Shown: one piece after another, positions 9,924 through 19,456 of the stretch | How the letters are laid out: each line of letters begins with the position of its first letter | Position numbering within the stretch: the first letter of the stretch is position 1 | Assembly: GCA_963795855.1 (NCBI GenBank) | Contig: CAWCIZ010000003.1 | Location: 512,001 to 576,000, forward strand | DNA: 64,000 nucleotides | Direction: 5' to 3' | Origin: Vulcanimicrobiota bacterium | GTDB lineage: Bacteria; Vulcanimicrobiota; Vulcanimicrobiia; Vulcanimicrobiales; Vulcanimicrobiaceae | Position numbers and translations under genes: made by a program | The notes under the pieces: generated by a model | Told to the model about the DNA's origin: nothing | What the model saw: the letters and a program-made list of their open reading frames with translations, nothing else | Databases searched by the model: none

Positions 9924-10442
9924 TTAACCGGTCTTGTTACAAGTAGCGTGCTGCGGATCCATCGGTTTTCCGTTCGCCATGGTTCCTTGCAGTTTCCAAT
10001 TGTACTCGGAATCGCTGACCTTCGTGATTGTCGACATGGCTACGGCACCGTTGGACGCGGACTTATCCGTCCACAGCAAAGTGTCGCCGTTCCAACCGGT
10101 AGAATATGCAATTCCATAGCCGCCGAAGTCATCGACGCTAACCTGCACGTATCGTTTTACGGACGCATCGTAAGTCGTGTAGCTTGTGGTGTTGACCGGT
10201 GTGGTGCGGTACGAATCAAAAACCGGCGCGACGTCGGTCGTTTTTATCCAGCGGTCGTTCAGATCCATCATTGAAGTCGACGTATCCGGACGGTCTTTGC
10301 CGCGCAGCGTCTGATGACACGTCCATGTACCGGCGAAGTACGACATCGCGCTGACGTCGGGTTTGGGGTTCGGAACGGGAGTGGGCGCGGCAGCGACTTG
10401 CATCGGTGCGAGCACCAAAGTGAACAATAACGCTAAAAGCAA
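9924..10442 (-). CDS. Secreted beta-rich hypothetical protein (DUF1579-like)
   Basis: Probable TTG start giving signal peptide MLLALLFTLVLAP; FAGTWTC and YDASVKRYV motifs. Confidence 0.6.
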   Translation of the reverse strand: MLLALLFTLVLAPMQVAAAPTPVPNPKPDVSAMSYFAGTWTCHQTLRGKDRPDTSTSMMDLNDRWIKTTDVAPVFDSYRTTPVNTTSYTTYDASVKRYVQVSVDDFGGYGIAYSTGWNGDTLLWTDKSASNGAVAMSTITKVSDSEYNWKLQGTMANGKPMDPQHATCNKTG

Positions 10443-11316
10443 AGGGCACCTTATCTTCAGAAACGCACACCGGCAGCGCTGCAAAGATCGTAGCACATCG
10501 AGCACATTTATGAGTGAGGCGGATGGCTGGACAATAACGCCGTACAAGCATACGGACGCCGCGGAGTAACATTCGGCGATTAAGGCTGTTATTACGTGGC
10601 AACCTCGTTTCGTCACGACGAGACTCGAGGGAGTAATCGATCGTAATGGCCGCGGTTGTCACAGCTCAACCAATTCCTTCCGCTGCTTGTAATGGCAACG
10701 CTGCTCGTTGCCGTGTCGCATCGAGCATCATCTGAATAACGTGGATGCACTCACTCGCCATGCGCAAAAGGGCTCGACATAGCGACGCGCGTAGAGGATT
10801 TTTGAATACTGCTAATCAGCGTGACTTTTTTAACGCTCTTCGCACCAGGAGGTAGCCTTGTTTGAGTCTACCGCAGCACTCTTCGGCTTGGTGCTCAGCG
10901 TCCTGCAAATTGCAGAGGGATCACAAGCAACAGTCCTCTCATTTCATATCGATTAGCGCGGTACCGGAGCCACGCTCAATCTCTTTGATCGTCGTGCGGC
11001 ACGGCGCTCTTTGTGCACGATGCCGACACACCGCGAGTCCCGCTGCGTTTAAACAAGCCCGGCATGTTCATGCTGTCGGATACGCTGCGCGGCCTTATGC
11101 GCAGACGATCGGCCTGCTGCGTGCACCGCGGCTGGTGCCCTTTTCGAACGGGCTGAATCTCGTCTGAGCGGACGGAGGGTCACGGCGCGACCAGGCCTTC
11201 GTGTAGGCCTCTGCGCCCAAAACAATAGGCTGGGCATCCCCAGACGAGCGCCGGCCTCATCTAGGTCTGAGGCTCAGCAGGTTCCGTAGAGTCCCGTTTA
11301 CTTCTGGAGTCCACAC

Positions 11317-11370
11317 TTGCACACGGCACCCCACGAGCGTATAGTGGTGCAAAGTGGTGCTAAGTGGTGA
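11317..11370 (+). promoter_or_regulatory. dcw sigma-70 promoter with three MraZ-binding repeats
   Basis: TTGCAC-N17-TATAGT; GTGGTG at 11344, 11354 and 11364 (10-bp period). Confidence 0.85.
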
Positions 11371-11385
11371 CCGAGGGAGGGAAGG

Positions 11386-11829
11386 TTGCACGCGGACCTG
11401 CCGCGCTTTACAGGCTATGTTGAGCACGCCCTTGACGACAAGGGCCGCCTCATCGTGCCGGCGCGTTTCCGCGAGCGGCTCGGCACCGGCTTCATCTTAA
11501 CCATAGCCCCGCCCGACCAATGCCTCGCCCTCTACCCCGAGGCGACGTGGGCGGAGTTCTGCAACAGACTCGAAGCCGCTCCCCGAAAGGACGATCGCTT
11601 CAGACGGTTCGTCCGGCACCTGTTCGCACACACGGAAGAGGTTGCGTGCGACTCACAAGGACGGCTGTTGCTCCCCGGAGCCCTTCGTTCGTATGCAGGC
11701 ATCGATCGGGACATCGTCTCGATCGGCTCGTTCACACGCGTGGAGATCTGGGCGAAGGAGCGCTACGCGGCGCACGCGGCGCCCGAAGGCGAGGTCGCCG
11801 ATTTCATGGCGGAGTTGGGACTCTACTGA
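11386..11829 (+). CDS. mraZ: Transcriptional regulator MraZ
   Basis: LDDKGRLIVP and DSQGRLLLP repeats, RVEIW. Confidence 0.95.
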   Translation: MHADLPRFTGYVEHALDDKGRLIVPARFRERLGTGFILTIAPPDQCLALYPEATWAEFCNRLEAAPRKDDRFRRFVRHLFAHTEEVACDSQGRLLLPGALRSYAGIDRDIVSIGSFTRVEIWAKERYAAHAAPEGEVADFMAELGLY

Positions 11830-11844
11830 TGCCGGAGTGGATCG

Positions 11845-12720
11845 ATGGACCAGCATATCCCGGTGCTCTTCCAGCCGGCGCTCGAGTATTTGGCGATCCG
11901 GCCGGATGGGATTTATGTCGATGCGACGTTCGGCGCGGGTGGCCACAGCCGGGGGATATTGCAGCGCTTGCAGAGCGGCCGGCTCATTGCGTTCGATGCA
12001 GATCCGCAGGCGTCGCCGCGCGCAGCGGCAATCGCCGATTCCCGTTTCACGTTCGTTCCATCCAATTTTCGCGAGCTTTCGCACGCGCTGAATCGGCTCG
12101 GCATCGAGCAAGTCGACGGCGTGCTGTACGATTTGGGGGTTTCGTCGATGCAATTTGATGAAGCGTCTCGCGGTTTTTCGTTCCGCGAATCCGCCCCGCT
12201 CGACATGCGGATGAATCCGCACGCGGGCTCGAGTGCCTATGAAATCCTCGTCAGCTCCAGCGAGCGCGAACTCGCAGATATTTTCTTCCACTACGGGCAG
12301 GAACGCGCCGCGAGAAAAATCGCGCGCGTCATCGTGCAGCGCCGTCAGTCGGGCACCCTGCCGACGACGACGATGGAGTTCGCTCAAATGGTCAGCGGAC
12401 TGCTGCACCGGCCCGGGCAGCGCGAGCGCATTCATCCCGCAACGCGCGTATTTCAGGCGCTGCGCATCGCTGTGAACGACGAACTGGACGCCCTGCGCGA
12501 CGGACTCGATATGGCCGTCGACCGCCTGCGCGGAGCGGGCCGCGTCGTTGCCATTAGTTTTCATTCGCTTGAAGATCGCATCGTCAAGCACAAGTTTCGC
12601 GACGACGAGCGCCTCGAGGTTCTTACGCGCAAACCCGTCCTGCCCGACGAGGCGGAGATGGAACGGAATCCGCGCGCGCGCAGCTCCAGGCTGCGCGCCG
12701 CTCAACGGAAGGCGAGCTGA
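11845..12720 (+). CDS. rsmH: 16S rRNA m4C1402 methyltransferase
   Basis: HIPVL, DATFGAGGHS, DLGVSSMQ, SFHSLEDR, NPRARS. Confidence 0.95.
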   Translation: MDQHIPVLFQPALEYLAIRPDGIYVDATFGAGGHSRGILQRLQSGRLIAFDADPQASPRAAAIADSRFTFVPSNFRELSHALNRLGIEQVDGVLYDLGVSSMQFDEASRGFSFRESAPLDMRMNPHAGSSAYEILVSSSERELADIFFHYGQERAARKIARVIVQRRQSGTLPTTTMEFAQMVSGLLHRPGQRERIHPATRVFQALRIAVNDELDALRDGLDMAVDRLRGAGRVVAISFHSLEDRIVKHKFRDDERLEVLTRKPVLPDEAEMERNPRARSSRLRAAQRKAS

Positions 12721-12721
12721 G

Positions 12722-13171
12722 ATGGTAGAAAGCACCGCACTTCGCGCACCGCGAGCGAACGCACCCGCCGAAAAACCGCGCCCTCGCACGGCACGCAATG
12801 CGACGAAGCGCCGAATTTCGCGGGTCGCGCGCGCGCGTTACTCGTCGCTGATGCAGTTTTGCGCGATACTTACCGTAACGCTTTTCGGCGTCATGCTCTA
12901 CGTTACGCTGACTGCGAGACTAACGAGTTTGAATTACGCCGTTGCGCGAGCCGAGCGCGATCGCGCCGCCTTGCAGTCGGAAACGGCGCGCTTGGACGAT
13001 CGCCTGGCGGCACTCAAATCGGACGATCGGCTGGCGCGCGTCGCGGCAACGCTCCACATGCAAGATCCCGCGCAATTCGCGATGGTGTCGCTGCCCGTGC
13101 AGCGCATGGAACCGGTGCGATCGCGGCTCGCATTCTTTGCCGGCATAGCCGGACTCTTCGGCGCGAAATAG
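12722..13171 (+). CDS. ftsL: FtsL-like cell division protein
   Basis: Basic N-terminus, TM helix, coiled coil; lies between rsmH and the PBP gene. Confidence 0.65.
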   Translation: MVESTALRAPRANAPAEKPRPRTARNATKRRISRVARARYSSLMQFCAILTVTLFGVMLYVTLTARLTSLNYAVARAERDRAALQSETARLDDRLAALKSDDRLARVAATLHMQDPAQFAMVSLPVQRMEPVRSRLAFFAGIAGLFGAK

Positions 13172-13188
13172 GTACGCAGCACTAACCG

Positions 13189-14973
13189 ATGCACAAGCGG
13201 ACCTTCTCGCGCGTCGGGCCCCGGCGGGCGAAACTGCTGTTTTACGGGATGCTGTTCGTCGCATTGTATTTGACGTGGCGCCTGGTCGACGTTCAACTCG
13301 TCAAAGGCCCAGTCTACGCCAAAGAAGCGCTCGAGCAGCGCAGCGACACCGTCGAGGTGTTTGCGCGGCGCGGCAGCATTCTCGATCGTCAAGGGAACGT
13401 GCTGGTTCGTTCGCTTCCTTCCGAGAGCGTGTATGCCGTGCCGCACGATCTCGCCGATCCGGATAAGGCTATCGCGCAGTTGCAGCCGGTTGTCGGCAAG
13501 ATCGACAAAGAGACGTCGCAACTCATGCACGATCGCCACCTACAGTTCGTCTGGATCGCGCGCAAGGTTCCGCACGACGAAGCCGACAAGGTGCAAGCAC
13601 TGGATCTTCCCGGAATCTCGCTGATCGAAGAAGATACGGGGCGGCGCGTCGACGTCGCCGGCCAAAGCGCTTCGACCCTTCTGGGTTTCGTCGGTATCGA
13701 CGAAAACGGTCTAGCCGGACTCGAATACACGTTCGACGATCTGCTCAAAGGCACGTCCGGACGGATCACGATCGAAGCGGACGAATTCGGGCGCCCCATT
13801 CCGTTCGGTCAAGAGAAAATCGTCAAGCCCGCAAAGCCGGGCCTCTCGCTCGAACTCACGCTCGATTCGTATCTGCAGTTCGTCACGGAATCCGCGCTGG
13901 AAAAGCAGGTCAAAACGTATCACGCCGCCAGCGGCACCGCGATCGTCATGGATCCGTACACCGGCGAAGTGCTCGCGATGGCGAACTTCCCCCACTTCGA
14001 TCCGAACGCGTATTGGAAGTTCCCGTCCGACGATTATCGCGACCGCGCAGTTCAGGATGCGTATGAGCCCGGATCGACGTTCAAACTCGTCACCGCCGCG
14101 GCCGCGCTCGAATATGGCCACACGCCGTTTTCCGAGCGCTTCCCCTCGCTCGGGCCGCTGGAAATCGGCGGACGGCGCATTTACAACGCAGTCGACGGCT
14201 TGACGCCCGACCCAGCAGGCGACACGCTTGAAACGATCATTGCCGACTCATTGAACGTCGGTGCTGCCGAAGTGGCGCTGCACATAGGCGGCTCCGCATT
14301 TTACAAGATGGAGCAGCGCGCCGGCTTCGGCCGGCCCACGCAAATCGGGCTTTCGGGTGAAAATCCGGGCATCGTGCCGGCGCCGTCCGAATGGAGCGGC
14401 AGCTCGCTTCCGACGATGGCGTTCGGGCAAGGCGTTTCCGTAACGCCGATCGCGATGGCGCGCTTCTACTGCGCGATTGCCAACGGCGGTGTGCTGCTGC
14501 GGCCGCGTATCGTGCGATCGATCCTCGACGCGCAGGGCAATCCGCTCTACACGTATCCGACCGAAGTCGAGCATCGCGTGTTTTCGCAGAAAACGGCCGA
14601 AGAACTTCGCGGCTTTCTGCGCGCGGTCGTCGTTCGAGGCACCGGCAATCCGTCGGCGCAGATTCCGGGCTACTCTACCGCGGGCAAAACGGGCACCGCG
14701 CAGATGGTGAAGGACGGCGAGTACGAGCCGGGCGCGTACGTTGCCTCGTTCATCGGCATGGTGCCGTACGAGCATCCGCGCTACGTCATTTACGTCAAGG
14801 TCGAGCGGCCGGAAGGCGCCATTTACGGATCCGTCGTGGCGGCACCCGCATTCGATGAAATCGCGAAAGCGGCCATGCTCCACGCGGGCGTGTTTCCCGC
14901 GATACCGGCGCCGAAACCGCCGCAAATTCCAAAGCAGCGCTTGGTCCGCTCGAAGCTCGCGGAGAATCCCTAG
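13189..14973 (+). CDS. ftsI: Class B penicillin-binding protein (FtsI/SpoVD-like)
   Basis: RGSILDR, EPGSTFK, SLN, KTGTAQ. Confidence 0.9.
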   Translation: MHKRTFSRVGPRRAKLLFYGMLFVALYLTWRLVDVQLVKGPVYAKEALEQRSDTVEVFARRGSILDRQGNVLVRSLPSESVYAVPHDLADPDKAIAQLQPVVGKIDKETSQLMHDRHLQFVWIARKVPHDEADKVQALDLPGISLIEEDTGRRVDVAGQSASTLLGFVGIDENGLAGLEYTFDDLLKGTSGRITIEADEFGRPIPFGQEKIVKPAKPGLSLELTLDSYLQFVTESALEKQVKTYHAASGTAIVMDPYTGEVLAMANFPHFDPNAYWKFPSDDYRDRAVQDAYEPGSTFKLVTAAAALEYGHTPFSERFPSLGPLEIGGRRIYNAVDGLTPDPAGDTLETIIADSLNVGAAEVALHIGGSAFYKMEQRAGFGRPTQIGLSGENPGIVPAPSEWSGSSLPTMAFGQGVSVTPIAMARFYCAIANGGVLLRPRIVRSILDAQGNPLYTYPTEVEHRVFSQKTAEELRGFLRAVVVRGTGNPSAQIPGYSTAGKTGTAQMVKDGEYEPGAYVASFIGMVPYEHPRYVIYVKVERPEGAIYGSVVAAPAFDEIAKAAMLHAGVFPAIPAPKPPQIPKQRLVRSKLAENP

Positions 14974-14977
14974 ACGC

Positions 14978-16444
14978 ATGGAGCATCAGGTGGGCGTATC
15001 GCTGGAGACATTGCTGCGAACGCTCGCTCAGAATACGCGCGTCGTCGGCCCGCGCGACAAAACGGTGACGGCAATAACGATCGATTCGCGTGAGGCGAAG
15101 AGCGGCGCGTTGTTCGTTGCGCTGCGCGGCGAACATACGGATGGGCACCGGTTTATCGCGGACGCGGTGGCGCGCGGTTGTGAAGCCGTCGTGATGGAAG
15201 ACGCCGCCGAAGTTCCCGCTCACGTTGCGGCCGTCATCGTACCGGATTCCGCTCGAGCCGTTTCACAGCTCGCCGACGCATTCTTCGGGTCGCCGTCGCG
15301 CGCTTTGAGCGTTGCGGGCATCACCGGAACGAACGGCAAAACGACGACCGCTCACATGACCACCGCGATCATGAATGCCGGCGGCGTTCCCGCAGGAACG
15401 ATCGGCACAATCGGCGCGCGCTTCGGCGAGACGGAATGGCCGCTCGCGAATACGACACCGCTTGCCGTGCAGCTTCAGGAACTGCTGGCGCGTATGCGCG
15501 AATCCGGCGCAAAAGGCGTCGCGATGGAGGTCAGTTCGCACGCGCTCGCGCTGCAGCGCGTGGCCGACGTGCACTTCAGCGTCGCAGCGCTTACGAACGT
15601 GACGCGCGATCACTTGGATTTTCACAAGACCTTCGACGCGTACGCGTCGGCGAAGCGTCGTTTGTTCGAAATGGCTCCGCGCTGCGTGCTGAACGTCGAC
15701 GACCACTGCGGCGAACGCTGGATGCGCGAACTGCGCGTTCGTAAGCCGGTTCTCTCGTACGGCATTGCGGCGCCTGCGGACGTGCGCGCGCAATCTACCG
15801 ACGTGCGCGCCGACGGCAGCAGCTTCGAGGTCGATGGTCAGCGCTTCGAGGTGCGACTCCCCGGCCGCTTCAACGTCTCGAACGCGCTGTGCGCAATCGG
15901 TATTGCGCGCCACCTCACAATTTCGGACAAGGACAGCGCGCGCGGCCTGGCTTCGCTCGAACGCGTCCCGGGGCGCATGGAACACGTGCGCGGCGGCGGC
16001 GTCGACGTCATCGTCGACTACGCGCATACGCCCGACGCACTCGAAAATTTGCTTCGGACGCTTCGGGAAACGGCTCGCGGCCGTTTACTGCTCGTGTTCG
16101 GATGCGGCGGAGATCGCGACCGCGGAAAACGCCCCGAAATGGGCGGCATCGCCGCGCGCTATGCGGATTTTTCGTACATCACGTCCGACAATCCGCGCAC
16201 GGAAGACCCGCAGTCGATCATCGCCGACATTTTGCCGGGCATCGCCGGCGCGCCGCATGAAGCGAACGCGGATCGTCGCGCGGCGATCGAGGCGGCCGTC
16301 GCAAATGCGCAGCCCGGCGACGTCGTCGCAATCGCGGGTAAAGGCCATGAGGCGTATCAAATCGTCGGCTCGCACGTTCTGCCTTTTGACGATTTGGCCG
16401 TTGCTCGCCAAGCGCTGTCGCGCCGCGAGGCAATGCACCGATGA
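14978..16444 (+). CDS. murE: UDP-MurNAc-tripeptide synthetase (meso-DAP type)
   Basis: GTNGKTT, DHLDFH, DYAHTP, DNPR, GKGHE. Confidence 0.95.
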   Translation: MEHQVGVSLETLLRTLAQNTRVVGPRDKTVTAITIDSREAKSGALFVALRGEHTDGHRFIADAVARGCEAVVMEDAAEVPAHVAAVIVPDSARAVSQLADAFFGSPSRALSVAGITGTNGKTTTAHMTTAIMNAGGVPAGTIGTIGARFGETEWPLANTTPLAVQLQELLARMRESGAKGVAMEVSSHALALQRVADVHFSVAALTNVTRDHLDFHKTFDAYASAKRRLFEMAPRCVLNVDDHCGERWMRELRVRKPVLSYGIAAPADVRAQSTDVRADGSSFEVDGQRFEVRLPGRFNVSNALCAIGIARHLTISDKDSARGLASLERVPGRMEHVRGGGVDVIVDYAHTPDALENLLRTLRETARGRLLLVFGCGGDRDRGKRPEMGGIAARYADFSYITSDNPRTEDPQSIIADILPGIAGAPHEANADRRAAIEAAVANAQPGDVVAIAGKGHEAYQIVGSHVLPFDDLAVARQALSRREAMHR

Positions 16445-17799
16445 AACTGGCGCTCGAACGCGCCGCGGGCGCAACGGGGGCGCAAGTGCTGCGCGCACAG
16501 GATTTTCCGCCGGAACTGCGGGTCGTTACGGACACGCGTCAGTTGCAGCAAGGCGATACGTTTCTCGCGCTGCGCGGCGAGCGATTCGACGGCCATGCGT
16601 TTCTGAAGGACGCGCTGCTGGGCGGCGCGGCGGCTCTGGTCGTCGACGACGCTGCCGCAGTGCCGCACGATGCGCCCGCGCTCGTCGTGCGCGACACGAA
16701 GCGCGCGTTCATGGATCTCGCGCGCGCGGCGCGCGAAGCGTACACCGGCCGGGTCGTCGGCATTACCGGAAGTGCCGGAAAGACGACCACGAAACATTTT
16801 TTAGCGCAGCTCTTAGCCGCGTGGTTCGGCGCGGATCGGGTTCTCGCTTCGCCGGCGAACGAGAACAACGAAGTCGGCGTAAGCAAATTGCTGCTCGCGT
16901 GTTCCCCCGAACACGAGGTGCTCGTCATCGAGATGGGCGCGCGGCATGAAGGCGAGATTGCCGAACTCGTACAGGTGGCGATGCCGCACGTCGGCGTGCT
17001 GACGAACATCGGCGAAGCGCATTTAGAGATTTTCGGTTCGCGGGAACGGCTCGCGCGAACGAAGTGGGGCCTGTTTTCGCAAGGCGCGCAAGCGGTGCTC
17101 AATGCCGAAGATTCGGAATCCGCTTTACGCGCGCCGGCGTTGGAGTCGGCGCCGTTTTGGTTCGGAACCGGCGAACCGCGCCTGCCCGGCGTGTGGATCG
17201 TGGACGCCGCGACGCTCGCGATAACGAACGGCGATACGCAGCGCGTGAGCATCGACGTGCGGTTGCCGGGACGGCACAATTACCGCAACCTTGCTGCGGC
17301 GTGTGCCGCAGCGCTGCTGTTAGGCGTATCGCCGGAACGGGTCGCGCAAACGATCCCGGCACTCACGTTGCCCGCGGGACGCTATCAGAAGATCGCCGTC
17401 GACGGAAAGCCGCTCTTCATTTACGATGCCTACAACGCAAACGTAAGCGGCATGTCGGCCGCGCTCGACGCGTTTGCATGCGAGCGTGCGTCCCGGCGCA
17501 TTGCCGTACTTGCAAGCATGGCCGAGCTCGGAAACGATGCGGCCGCCATGCACGAACGCGTCGGCGCGCACGCGGCCAAAAGCGGTATCGATGTGCTGCT
17601 CGTCGGCGGCGACTTCGCGCAGTGCATGGCGCAGGGCGCAATGGCGGGCGGTTTACCGCGCAATCGTATCGTGCCGTTTGCCGATAACCGGTATGCGGCG
17701 GATTGGCTGCGCGAAAACGCGCGTCCGGACGATGCGGTCTTGTTCAAGGGTTCCCGAAAATATCAAATGGAGGAAATCATCGAGGACTTGCTCGCGTGA
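16441..17799 (+). CDS. murF: UDP-MurNAc-pentapeptide ligase
   Basis: GSAGKTTTK, DAYNAN, MAELG, KGSR. Confidence 0.95.
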   Translation: MKLALERAAGATGAQVLRAQDFPPELRVVTDTRQLQQGDTFLALRGERFDGHAFLKDALLGGAAALVVDDAAAVPHDAPALVVRDTKRAFMDLARAAREAYTGRVVGITGSAGKTTTKHFLAQLLAAWFGADRVLASPANENNEVGVSKLLLACSPEHEVLVIEMGARHEGEIAELVQVAMPHVGVLTNIGEAHLEIFGSRERLARTKWGLFSQGAQAVLNAEDSESALRAPALESAPFWFGTGEPRLPGVWIVDAATLAITNGDTQRVSIDVRLPGRHNYRNLAAACAAALLLGVSPERVAQTIPALTLPAGRYQKIAVDGKPLFIYDAYNANVSGMSAALDAFACERASRRIAVLASMAELGNDAAAMHERVGAHAAKSGIDVLLVGGDFAQCMAQGAMAGGLPRNRIVPFADNRYAADWLRENARPDDAVLFKGSRKYQMEEIIEDLLA

Positions 17800-18500
17800 G
17801 GAGCTTGCGCATCGAACGTCCGGAACTGCCGTCCGGCATCGTCGGAATTCCGGTGCGTACGCCGCTCGTGCACCCCGGCGACGATCTGATCGGGCTGATA
17901 CAGCGCGCGGTCGACGGCATCGCGCGGCCCGGCGACGTTTTGGCGATCTCCGAAACCGCCGTCGCGATCGCACAAGGCCAAGCCGTCGGCGCAGAGTACG
18001 TGCGTCCGTCGAAGATCGCGTACGCGCTTTCTCGCCGTGCGGGCGCGTTAGCCACCGTCAGCCAGCCGGAGTCGCTGCAGATCGTGATCGACAAAGTCGG
18101 AAGGTGGAAAGTGTTGTACGCGGCTGCGATGCAGGTGCTCGGGCGCCTCGCCGGCCGCCGCGGCGCGTTCTATGAGATTCTGGGTGAGGCGATTACCGCG
18201 ATAGACGGATACACCGGCACGCTGCCGCCGTTCGAGCGCGCCATAGTCTTTGCGCCCGCGAACCCCGATGCGTTTTCGCAATCGGTTTACGATCGCTGCG
18301 GCATCGCATGTGCGATCGTCGATGCCAATGACTTGGAGAAGGCGAAGGTTCTAGGCGCGTCTTCAGGCGTGAGCCGCGAAAACATAGAGCGCGCGCTCCT
18401 TTCAAACCCCCACGGCAACGGCGACGAACAGACGCCGATCGTCGTGTTGAAGTGGCGAGCCGACGGGCCGAATCCGCTGGTCGCGGAGCCCGGCTCATGA
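17796..18500 (+). CDS. CofE-like (F420-0:gamma-glutamyl ligase family) protein
   Basis: GDDL, GDVLAISETAVAIAQG, IDG, IVDAND, NPHGNGDEQTPIVV; GTGA/ATGA overlaps with murF and mraY. Confidence 0.75.
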   Translation: MRSLRIERPELPSGIVGIPVRTPLVHPGDDLIGLIQRAVDGIARPGDVLAISETAVAIAQGQAVGAEYVRPSKIAYALSRRAGALATVSQPESLQIVIDKVGRWKVLYAAAMQVLGRLAGRRGAFYEILGEAITAIDGYTGTLPPFERAIVFAPANPDAFSQSVYDRCGIACAIVDANDLEKAKVLGASSGVSRENIERALLSNPHGNGDEQTPIVVLKWRADGPNPLVAEPGS

Positions 18501-19456
18501 ATTACGGATACGAACTCGCCGTCGTCGCCGCCGGATTCCTGATTGCTGGGCTGTCCGGCGCGGCCATGCTGCCGTTGCTCGCGCGCTTGCAGTTCCGGCA
18601 GCGCGCGTACGAAGACGCTCCACGGTCGCATCAAAAGAAAACCGGAACGCCGACGATGGGCGGCGTAGTTTTCGTCATCGCTCTGCTCCCAATGCTCGCT
18701 TTCGTTCACGATCCCGTCATGGTCGCGACCGTGCTCCTCGTAGCGCTGTGCGCGGCAATCGGTTTTGCGGACGACCTCATCGCCATTCGCCGGGGAAAGA
18801 ACGCCGGCTTACGCGCGCGCACGAAGTATCTCCTTACCGCGCTCGTAACAGTGATCTACCTGTGGTGGATCGTTCGCTCGCCGGCGGTGCCCGTCGACGT
18901 CATCTTTCACATGAGCGGCTACGCACTCGGCGTTCCGCATTGGCTTTGGCTGCTGCTCGGGATTTTCGCCGTAACCGGGACGATTCACGCGGTGAATTTG
19001 ACCGATGGGCTGGACGGCTTGGTCTCCGGCACCATCGTACCGCCGCTGGTCGTGCTCGGCGCTCTCGCGTGGCGAGACGGATCCGCGCCGGCAAATATTG
19101 CGGCGCTTCTCGGCGTCGGCGCGTGCTTCGGCTTTTTGGTGTACAATCGCCACCCGGCGAAATTGTTCATGGGCGACACGGGATCGCTCGCGCTTGGGGC
19201 GCTGCTTTCCGGCGTTGCAATTCTTACCGGCGAGATGCTGCTGCTCGTGCTGATCGGCGGTGTATTCGTCGCGGAAGCGCTTTCGGTAATCATTCAAGTT
19301 ACGTACTTCAAACGCACGGGCGGCAAGCGGATTTTCCGCATGAGCCCGCTGCATCATCATTTCGAACTGTCCGGCTGGCCGGAAACGACCGTTACGACGC
19401 GCTTCTGGCTGGCTTCCGTCATTCTCTCCGGCTTGGGGTTGGCTATCGTCAGATGA
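18497..19456 (+). CDS. mraY: Phospho-MurNAc-pentapeptide transferase
   Basis: GTPTMGG, VNLTDGLDGL, FMGDTGS, PLHHHFE. Confidence 0.95.
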   Translation: MNYGYELAVVAAGFLIAGLSGAAMLPLLARLQFRQRAYEDAPRSHQKKTGTPTMGGVVFVIALLPMLAFVHDPVMVATVLLVALCAAIGFADDLIAIRRGKNAGLRARTKYLLTALVTVIYLWWIVRSPAVPVDVIFHMSGYALGVPHWLWLLLGIFAVTGTIHAVNLTDGLDGLVSGTIVPPLVVLGALAWRDGSAPANIAALLGVGACFGFLVYNRHPAKLFMGDTGSLALGALLSGVAILTGEMLLLVLIGGVFVAEALSVIIQVTYFKRTGGKRIFRMSPLHHHFELSGWPETTVTTRFWLASVILSGLGLAIVR

